Shown piece after piece: positions 39,940 through 48,400 of a DNA stretch of 64,000 bases. How positions within the stretch are numbered: position 1 is the stretch's first letter; each line of letters begins with the position of its first letter. This DNA is from Promethearchaeota archaeon. Its GTDB lineage: Archaea; Asgardarchaeota; Lokiarchaeia; Sigyniarchaeales; SOKP01. Position numbers and translations under genes: made by a program. The notes beneath the pieces are model-generated. The model was not told the origin of the DNA. It did not search any database and saw only the letters and a list, made by a program, of their open reading frames with translations. The stretch covers positions 8,499 to 72,498 of the forward strand of contig JAUVXW010000018.1 in the NCBI GenBank assembly GCA_030603385.1. The letters are read 5' to 3'.

Positions 39940-40983
39940 TTGAACTCTTATGAAACTCTAGAAACTTTCCAATTCTATTTCAAGAAAAAGGTAGTGTTGT
40001 TAGGAGGGACTGAAAAATTCAAAAATGAGTTTCAAAAATGTTTAAGTTCAAGTTGCTTACCAATAGAGAATAAACAAAATATTGGTGTGAATATTAGTAA
40101 AATCGATTATTTTTACGAACCGAAATATAAATTTGAATATCTTCTATGGAATATAGATTGTGGTCAACGTAGGGCATTCTTACGTACAATTTTCTATTCT
40201 GGTGCTGATGCAATAATAATTTTTATATCTGAAACTAAAATCGATCAAATTAGACAATATTTTGATGAACTTCAATTAAAAATACCAGAAATACCACTCA
40301 TTTTTTGTATCATTCTTGAAAAACACTCTAAAAAAGAGATAATAAATTCTTATTTTATAAACGAAGAGTTTAGCTCAATTATTAGTGAAAATAGTTTTAA
40401 AATAAACGAGCTTACCGATCCTATTGAAATACTCAATCAGGTTTCTAGTATTTTTAAGAAAAAAGCAAAAATTAAAGAATTAGAGAATAGATTTTTTATC
40501 GACTTTATATCACTCACTTCTTTGTTTGGTCATAAAGGTATTAGAGATGAGTGTAATGATTATTATGAACCAGAAACTCATACATTAAAAATTAGTCAAA
40601 TTATTAATACGGATTTATTAATTAAATACCTTCAAAAAATAGATTTAGCGATTGATTTTGACTACCTTAATTGGATTAAAATAAAAAATAAAATTTTCGG
40701 CACTTTCTCTATTTACTTAAAAAATGGTAATGTTTATTATTTTCCTAAAGTCTGTGAGAAATGTAAAGATAAAAATTGTTCAAAGTTTAAAAAGGCCCCA
40801 TATTATATATGTATTGAGGCGGGGGATTCAAACGGATGGACGAATATTAAAGGATTCAATCAAAATGAACTCCTCATTCTTACAAAGGTCTTTGCTTTAA
40901 AAGAAGGGGATGAAAAAAGTTTACCTAAATCAGTAATAAAACAGATTAAAAACATAAATATTTGTGAATATAAACTAAAATGA
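39940..40983 (+). CDS. Degenerate Rab/Ras-like GTPase domain plus C-terminal Cys-containing domain
   Basis: FKKKVVLLG, NIGV, LLWNIDCGQRR...IFYSGADAII resemble the Rab fold; no GKS/T or NKxD. Confidence 0.65.
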   Translation: MNSYETLETFQFYFKKKVVLLGGTEKFKNEFQKCLSSSCLPIENKQNIGVNISKIDYFYEPKYKFEYLLWNIDCGQRRAFLRTIFYSGADAIIIFISETKIDQIRQYFDELQLKIPEIPLIFCIILEKHSKKEIINSYFINEEFSSIISENSFKINELTDPIEILNQVSSIFKKKAKIKELENRFFIDFISLTSLFGHKGIRDECNDYYEPETHTLKISQIINTDLLIKYLQKIDLAIDFDYLNWIKIKNKIFGTFSIYLKNGNVYYFPKVCEKCKDKNCSKFKKAPYYICIEAGDSNGWTNIKGFNQNELLILTKVFALKEGDEKSLPKSVIKQIKNINICEYKLK

Positions 40984-41402
40984 CTGTAGATTTTCAAACT
41001 TTTGATTTAAAGTCTAAGGCATATTGTGATGTTATTAACATCACTAATCAAGTTCAAAATTCTATTAAAAGAAGTGGAATAAAAAATGGAATGGTAAATG
41101 TACATATAGCTGGTTCGACGGGTGCAATATCCACTACTGAGTATGAACCAGGTTTAGTAGATCATGATATCAAAGATATATTAGAAAAGTTAATTCCTTA
41201 TGAAAAAAACTATGCACACCATAAGACTTGGCATGACTACAACGGAGCAGGTCACTTAAGAAGCTTTCTCATTAAAACTTCACAAACCTTTCCTTTTAAA
41301 AACCAAAAATTAATCTTAGGAACTTGGCAGCAGATAATTTTCATCGAATGTGACGAAAAACCTCGCTCAAGAACTATTCATTGTACGATTATAGGTGAAT
41401 AA
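40980..41402 (+). CDS. yjbQ: YjbQ (UPF0047) family protein
   Basis: NIT, ST.A...E.EPGL, YAH....NGAGHL, LGTWQ.I.F.E.D..R.R. Confidence 0.93.
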   Translation: MTVDFQTFDLKSKAYCDVINITNQVQNSIKRSGIKNGMVNVHIAGSTGAISTTEYEPGLVDHDIKDILEKLIPYEKNYAHHKTWHDYNGAGHLRSFLIKTSQTFPFKNQKLILGTWQQIIFIECDEKPRSRTIHCTIIGE

Positions 41403-41443
41403 AATCCATCTTAATTTTTTTTAAAAAAATAGAAAAGAAATTT

Positions 41444-41686
41444 TTATTTTTTTGATTGCTGTATTAATTCTTCCAATTCTGTAATTATAATCTGATATTT
41501 ATCTCTAAGATGTATTTTTTCAAATTTTCCTCTAAGATCCATAACAGATTTATCAAATTGTTTTAATTGTTCTGTAAAAACTGGAATTTTCTTATAAGAT
41601 TCTTCAGTGTTCTCTATTATGCTTATCTGATATTCTAAATTTTCTAAAAAATTATTCTTAACTTCAGTCAATAATATCATCCTCAT
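41444..41686 (-). CDS. Hypothetical protein, possibly the 3' part of a decayed gene
   Basis: 80 aa ORF; upstream sequence looks coding-like but is interrupted by stops. Confidence 0.4.
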   Translation of the reverse strand: MRMILLTEVKNNFLENLEYQISIIENTEESYKKIPVFTEQLKQFDKSVMDLRGKFEKIHLRDKYQIIITELEELIQQSKK

Positions 41687-41970
41687 TAAAAAACTAGTTC
41701 ATTTAGTAAAATCACACTAATCTCTTTAAAAAATATGAATATCATTTATATGTCATCATTTTCGCTTCTAAATCGTGGATCTTTAAGTAGATTCTCATAG
41801 AAAGAAGAAATTATTAATATGAGAGTAATATTTAGATAGCATCTCGATATTATAACAAACAATATAATAAATTATAACAAGTTAAATACATAAGTCTGCA
41901 TTCCAAGAAGTTTAAATTAGTATAGACTATTATTTTATTAAATCTAAAAAACGTATATGAGTTAAAATCA

Positions 41971-42897
41971 ATGGAAAACCTTTTAAAAATAATCATTAGT
42001 GGGCTCGATAACGCAGGAAAAACTTCTATATTGACAGCTTTGGATAAAAAATATGACTTTCAAAAGGATATTGTCCAACTGAAACCAACTATTAGGGTTG
42101 AATATCATAAAATGAATTTCCTGAAGAATAATTCGATATTCTGGGACATGGGAGGACAAGATCAATACCGAGACATTTATATAAACTATCAGGATGTTTA
42201 TTTCGACGCTACTGACTTACTCATCTACGTGATTGATATCCAAGATCCTGAAAGATTCGAGAACTCGCTTGAGTATTTAGATGCAATTTTAACTTTTTTT
42301 ACTGAAAGTAAAATGGATGTACCACTAATAATAACTTTTCATAAGTACGATCCTGATTTAAGAGGAAATGAAGAGATTTTAAAAGATATTGATGAACTAA
42401 GGACGAGGATCTTGGATAATTATTCTAATTTTAAAATCCTATTTCAACAAACATCTATTTATGATATTATTTCCATTGTCCAGTTAGTATCATATGGTCT
42501 TTCTGTTTTTGACGAAAAATTCTTCGAGCTTTCTGAATTATTAGAGAATTATATAGAAGTTTTCAAGAGTCAAGCTCTACTTGTATTTGATCGAAATGGT
42601 ATTATTATTTCTGAATATTACAGTGATATAGAACCCGAAGTTTATGTTGAATTATTAGAATCAATCAAAGAACACCTATTCTTACTTAAAAGGATGGAAG
42701 AGGAATCGACATATGAATATGATCATGATATTTCTTCAATTGAGCACACGCTTTTCTCCTATTTACATAGATTGAACTTAGGATCAGAATTGTTTTTTAT
42801 TTCAGCTGTAACAAAAGAAAGCCAAAAAGACGATCTATTAATAAATTTTCCAGAATTTCTTGAAGACTTAACACAGATTTTAAAAGAATTAATTTAA
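41971..42897 (+). CDS. Rag/Arf-like small GTPase fused to a C-terminal roadblock-like domain
   Basis: GLDNAGKTS, PT, WDMGGQ, HKYD, TSIYD; C-terminal LLVFDRNGIII. Confidence 0.88.
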   Translation: MENLLKIIISGLDNAGKTSILTALDKKYDFQKDIVQLKPTIRVEYHKMNFLKNNSIFWDMGGQDQYRDIYINYQDVYFDATDLLIYVIDIQDPERFENSLEYLDAILTFFTESKMDVPLIITFHKYDPDLRGNEEILKDIDELRTRILDNYSNFKILFQQTSIYDIISIVQLVSYGLSVFDEKFFELSELLENYIEVFKSQALLVFDRNGIIISEYYSDIEPEVYVELLESIKEHLFLLKRMEEESTYEYDHDISSIEHTLFSYLHRLNLGSELFFISAVTKESQKDDLLINFPEFLEDLTQILKELI

Positions 42898-42906
42898 TAG
42901 AAAAAT

Positions 42907-44007
42907 TTAGTCAATCTTCAAAAGATCTTTAGCTTTGTCGATTAATTTTTCCTTTTTCTTTCGATGGTTTTCAATGAATTTTAAAACCTTTTCGATACAT
43001 TCTTGTTTATGATCTCCACACATTAATTCTCCTTTAACACACATTTCAAAATCATTCGCTAATTTTTCATCATCTTCTTCAAAGTGATACATCAGAATTT
43101 TGTAAATCATGCATTTCTGAGGTTCTCCGCCTAACTCACGTTGCTCTTTCAGGTTTCTCCTTCCACCAGTTAAAGCACCCTTAATTTTTCTTTCAATTGA
43201 TTCATAAGGTTCATTAAATGTAAAATAACTATTCGGATTTCTCTTAGCCATTTTTTCTGAGCCATCTATACCTGCTAATAAATAATGATATGTCGCACCT
43301 GGTAAGAAAAATTTCTTGTAGTTTCTTCGAGTTAAATCTCTAGTGAGACGTATATGTGGATCTTGATCAATACCTACTGGTACAACAGTTGGTTGTAAAC
43401 CATCTAATACTTGGGGTAAAATTATGTCACCAACTTGAATCAATGAGGAAATGTAAAGTCCAAATGTTCGTTCTCCATAAATAGCGTTTAACATATTCTG
43501 TGTGACTAACCTACTTACCTTAAAACACACGTCCTTTACAATTGGTTCTTTTGATTGTCTCCAAATATACGCCTTTTCTGGAGAAGGATCTAAACCTAGT
43601 GCTAATATATCAGCAATGTTATCGACTGCTGCCGCTTCGGCTTCATCCCATGGTATTCCATTATCTTCCCAACTTTCAATATCTGCTATTGCATAAAACG
43701 CTTTACCTCCCATTTTCTGAAATTCAACGATTTCTAAGGCTGTTGTTAGTGTTCCTAAATGGAACGGTCCGGATGGTTTAATTCCGCTCATTACAGCCCA
43801 AGGCTGTTCCTTTTCAATAGCTTTAAAAACGAGATTCAAATCACGATGGCCAAAAATTATCTTCCTTCTAATAAATCTGTTATTAAGCATTTTTTGTCTT
43901 AACGGCTCTGTTATTTCTTCGATTCCAAACTTCTGTATGAGTTTTGAATAATCCTCATCTTCAATAGCACTTGTCCCCCATGGATCTATTTTAAAATCGT
44001 GCGTCAT
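42907..44007 (-). CDS. trpS: Tryptophan--tRNA ligase (archaeal type)
   Basis: IDPWG, GHRD, GIKPSG.FHLG, PVGIDQDPH.RLTRD, KMAK, TGGR. Confidence 0.95.
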   Translation of the reverse strand: MTHDFKIDPWGTSAIEDEDYSKLIQKFGIEEITEPLRQKMLNNRFIRRKIIFGHRDLNLVFKAIEKEQPWAVMSGIKPSGPFHLGTLTTALEIVEFQKMGGKAFYAIADIESWEDNGIPWDEAEAAAVDNIADILALGLDPSPEKAYIWRQSKEPIVKDVCFKVSRLVTQNMLNAIYGERTFGLYISSLIQVGDIILPQVLDGLQPTVVPVGIDQDPHIRLTRDLTRRNYKKFFLPGATYHYLLAGIDGSEKMAKRNPNSYFTFNEPYESIERKIKGALTGGRRNLKEQRELGGEPQKCMIYKILMYHFEEDDEKLANDFEMCVKGELMCGDHKQECIEKVLKFIENHRKKKEKLIDKAKDLLKID

Positions 44008-44075
44008 GCTTTTCTCCTATTTGATGTTTGATGTTAATAATAATATAATAAATAATATAATAAATTTTGATAAGT

Positions 44076-44489
44076 ATGAAAAAATTTTCTAAAGAGGAAA
44101 TCAGAGTTTTAATAAATTTATTAGACTTTTCGAAAATTAAAGGTGAATTAATACCAATAATAGCCCAAGATCACGAAACTAATGAAGTTTTAATGTTAGC
44201 TTTTGCCAATAAAGTAGCGATTGAAAAATCTTTAGAAACAGGATATATGCACTATTATTCAAGATCAAGGCAGAAAGTGTGGCAAAAAGGCGAAACTAGT
44301 GGACATTTTCAAGAACTACAAGAGATATTTGTAGATTGTGATAATGATTCCATCCTGATAAAGGTAAGGCAAACTGGAGCCGCTTGTCATGAAGGATATT
44401 ATTCTTGCTTTTATAGAAATTTTAAGAATGGAAAATTTAATGAAATTAGAAAAAGAATTTTTAATCCTAAAGATGTTTATGGAAATTAA
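44076..44489 (+). CDS. hisI: Phosphoribosyl-AMP cyclohydrolase
   Basis: YYSRSR..W.KGETSGH, DCDND, ACH.G..SCF. Confidence 0.96.
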   Translation: MKKFSKEEIRVLINLLDFSKIKGELIPIIAQDHETNEVLMLAFANKVAIEKSLETGYMHYYSRSRQKVWQKGETSGHFQELQEIFVDCDNDSILIKVRQTGAACHEGYYSCFYRNFKNGKFNEIRKRIFNPKDVYGN

Positions 44490-44610
44490 ATTTAAACAAT
44501 TTTCATAAAAAAAGAGATTTTTATTTAGAATTTCTAAAGTTTTATATATTTTTTACAATAAATTATATTGGTTTTAATTAAAAATCTTTTTTAGGCAAGG
44601 GTTGCACTCC

Positions 44611-45069
44611 ATGAAAAAAGAGAAGGCTCTGGATGATATTGATAAGAATATTATAAGAATTCTTCAAAATGATGCGCGTACATCATATCGAGAGATTCAA
44701 GAAAGGTTAGGAATCTCGATTGGGACTATTCATAATAGAATTTCTAAATTAAGGGAATCAGGTGTTGTCCAAGGATATACCCTACGACTAAACAATGAAA
44801 AGCTAGGATATAAATTGACATTTTTAATCAGAGTTAACGTAGACGGAAAACACACAGAAGAAATATTAGAAGACCTTACAAAAATTCCTGAAGTCTGCTC
44901 TATTTTTCATACCACGGGTGAACAATCTGCTGCATTAATCTGTAGATTTATAGATAGTGATTCAGTCCATCAGTTTATCAGAGAGTTGAATCAGAAGGAG
45001 TATGTTACACGAACTAACTCGAATATGGTTCTGAAAGAGTATAAAAACAACTCCTACGTCAATATCTAG
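44611..45069 (+). CDS. Lrp/AsnC family transcriptional regulator
   Basis: LDDIDK.I...LQ.DAR.SY.EI...LG.S..T.H.RI HTH; TG in RAM domain. Confidence 0.93.
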   Translation: MKKEKALDDIDKNIIRILQNDARTSYREIQERLGISIGTIHNRISKLRESGVVQGYTLRLNNEKLGYKLTFLIRVNVDGKHTEEILEDLTKIPEVCSIFHTTGEQSAALICRFIDSDSVHQFIRELNQKEYVTRTNSNMVLKEYKNNSYVNI

Positions 45070-45218
45070 AATGTTAATCTTTACTCTTTAGTGCCATAGA
45101 TAAGTAGCTATAAAAGTCATCTTCTACCCCTTTTACCTAAAAAAAGTAAACTTTTTTTAATTTTGATCTAAAGATTTTTTGCTAACATTTTTCTCTTTTT
45201 TAATCTATCAAGTGATTG

Positions 45219-45389
45219 TTAGACTGTCGTAATCGAATTTAACTCGTTTACAATAGTTTGTATTAATTTTTTGCCTGTAGATGTTAAAAAAATCTTTTGG
45301 GGGCGGCGGTCTTTTTCCCTTCGTATAAGGTTATCTGCTTCTAACTTTGTAAGGATGGTGGAGATTTGATTAAAGTACGAAAGTTTGCT
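45219..45389 (-). pseudogene. 5'-truncated MarR-like winged-helix gene fragment
   Basis: Frame without a start codon: ...QISTILTKLEADNLIRREKDRRPQKIFLTSTGKKLI...*. Confidence 0.6.
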
Positions 45390-45418
45390 AAATTAGAAAT
45401 TTGTAAAATCTAAAAATT

Positions 45419-45428
45419 AAAAAAAAAA
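45419..45428 (-). terminator. Oligo-T tract after the giant gene, candidate archaeal terminator
   Basis: A-run on + strand about 10 nt beyond the stop at 45438. Confidence 0.4.
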
Positions 45429-45437
45429 TAAATAAGG

Positions 45438-48400
45438 TTAGTCTTTAATTACTTGCTCTATAGCGTCAATTATTCTGGTAATTTCTTCAATTAAGTAATT
45501 GGCTAACTCTTCAGATACTCTCCCTTTATTAAGATCCCAATTAATTTTCGATATTATGTGTCCCAGTTTCCATTGAGTACATTTTAATAAGCATTCAATA
45601 TCCTCACCCTTCGTACTCATAAAGAGCGCTTTTTCTAACATCTTTGAAGCACAATGAACTTTCCAGCTAAGATATCTACCGGAACAATATGGAATTTCTC
45701 TATTTATCAAATCACCCAAATTCAATAAATCAACTTCTAGATAAGCGATATCATATGCTTCATCGATACCAGTAGAAGCACCCATCAAAATCACGATGTT
45801 GTTCCTAATAGAGTGTAACGCCACTATAATATAATCAGTTAGTTCTTCGCTTATTCGACAGTGTCTATTATAAATCTCAGCTCTTACCTCAGTGATTTGT
45901 ATAAAAACTTTAGCAATCTTATTATGGTATAAAGCACAGGTGATTTCGCCCTTTTCAACCAAAGTGAAAGCTTCAGCTAAATGTTCTTGGGCTTTTGAAA
46001 GTTTCCAATTAAGACATCGACTTTTTCTACAGGACAAATTCTCCTCAATATATGCCTTTAACTCCTCTATTTGCCAATCAATATGTTCATACATATCGAA
46101 TAAAACATTTTTAAATGAACCAGAAATTATCGTCATCAATGAATCATTCGGTCTATCATTATCAGCATCAAAAACTTGAACCTCTAGTTGTGAATATCCT
46201 TTCTGGAAAAGCCAATTATTCGTTATAAGGAAAGTGTAGGTAGTTCCCTGCTTAATAAAACTAATCGGTTCGACAACTTCTCCATTAACATATATTATCA
46301 TCTCTCCTATTTCACTCAAGTCTATTGCATTCAGTGATACATTTATTTCAAAAACATCAGGGATTATTATCAAATTTGATAATTCAGGAGGAGTAATGTC
46401 ATCATCCAGTATCTCCTGATATATTGAAACTTCTACGGTAAGTGAATCTACTAGTAAAGTTCTATCATCATCTTTATCTCTCGCGATAATAGCCAATGTA
46501 TAATATCCTAGATTAGAAGGTAAATCCCATTTTCCTGTGGGGGAACCAGGAAACGCTAATTCAAAATCTTCTGAACCATCGGTGGAACTGTATGTTATCC
46601 TAACTTCAATTTCACTTAATCCCGAATCAACATCCCACACATTCCATTCAAAGTAGCCAGGATTATTGTCAAATCCTCCTCCGATATAATTTATCACTGC
46701 TTCAGGAGGAGTTGTATCATCATCATATATAGTAATTGATATAGACAAACTGCTTGTTAATGAATCATCAGGATTATCAGTATCATTATCTGTCGCATAA
46801 AATTCAAAATTGTGGGTTCCAAGACTATTGGGAACTGAATAACCCCCGCTAGGATCCACAGAAAGACCAGATTCATCCCAAGCAGTTACGATGATTTCTC
46901 CAGGATTTCCATCCGTTCCATCTCCTGTATATACATAACTGATTTCGGGGTAGGATATGTCATCATCAGTAATACTCACTGAGGCTACACTCCACGCAAA
47001 TTCAGGTGCGGTTGTATCATTATTCCATACTTCAACTCTAATTGTATGAGTTCCAATGTCGTTTGGAACACTGTAATACCCAAGTGCATTCCCAATATAG
47101 TTATCATCAATAAAAATTTTAAGTTTACTTTCATTAATTCCGCTTTCTCTATCATAGGCAAATATGTCCCATTTACCAGGAAGCCCATCTGTCTTATCAC
47201 CATCTTTATATTCAATAGATATAGAGGGAGGCGTAAGATCATTATCTTCTATTAATTCGACAATAATATTTCTATATGAAATTACGTCCCTCTCAACTTC
47301 TTTAAAAATTACATCAAGAGAGTAAGCACCATAGTGGTCAGGAGTCTGACATGAATACTCTAGATAAACTGTATGTATCTCTTCGGGATTTATCATTAAT
47401 TGAGTTATTTCACTTCCATCTTCATCCAAGAATTGATATGATCCGTCAAAATCTCTAACATTTAGTTCGATAGTGCTTGGAGTAGTACTATTATACAATT
47501 CAAGATAAATTTTAGCCAATTTTTCTTTGTTTGGTTCTATTCTTTGGATTTCCGAGAACTCGGGGCTTGATATTAACACATATTTGTAATTATTTTCAAT
47601 TGCTTCATATTTCTTGATATTCGCATAATTATTATATGATAATAGAGTAGGATGACTGTGATTCGATATTTCTATCATCAGTTCATTTATTAGTCCAATT
47701 AACTCATCACAGACTTGAATAGCTTGAGTCCATTCCTTTACATTTATGTGACCATCTAATTCTTGCTTTAAATCTTCTAAATTTTCAAGATCTGATTCTT
47801 CTAAGTCAGTCGGTATACTGCCATTTAAAATTAAGATATCAACATAATTAATGTTTATATTTTGAAGTTCATCTTCAAATGCATTATTACTTATTTGCGT
47901 TAGCTCTTCAGTCTCAATGTTTAGTTCCTTATAATAATCTAAAAAAGAATCTTCATTCGGATTTTCAAGATTAAATAGATTGCATTCTGAAGTATATTTA
48001 ACATTATTTTCAATTTCCTCCAGTCGTTCTGGATCGGTAACTCCTAGAATATCCTGAAGTTCTGGTGAAATTCCATTGTTTTCAATCTCCGATTCAATGT
48101 CTAAAAAATCTTGATTTGTAAGATCCAAATCCTCGAAATCTTCTGTAAATAGGATATTTAATTCTTTAATATTATTCATGAAGTTATTGAAGAATTCCTT
48201 TTCCCTTTTTCTACTTTCAATCAAATCTTCCATTTGAAAGAGTTGCCATCCATATTCTCCGTCTTGCTCAGCGGCATTCATACGTCTCATAATTTCCTGT
48301 TGAGCTTCTCTCTCAACTGTAAGATTTGCATGAGTTTGCTGTACAAGATATATTTGTAATGAATAACGGGGATTTTCCTCAAATTTTCTCGGCAGGGTGA

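Noticed and set aside
41687-41860. Coding-like fragments upstream of the 80 aa ORF (e.g. YENLLKDPRFRSENDDI)
   Set aside because: Multiple stops and no recognisable family; cannot support a pseudogene call
43240-43260. TrpRS KMAKR and HLGT instead of KMSKS and HIGH
   Set aside because: Within the variation seen in class I synthetases; all other motifs are intact
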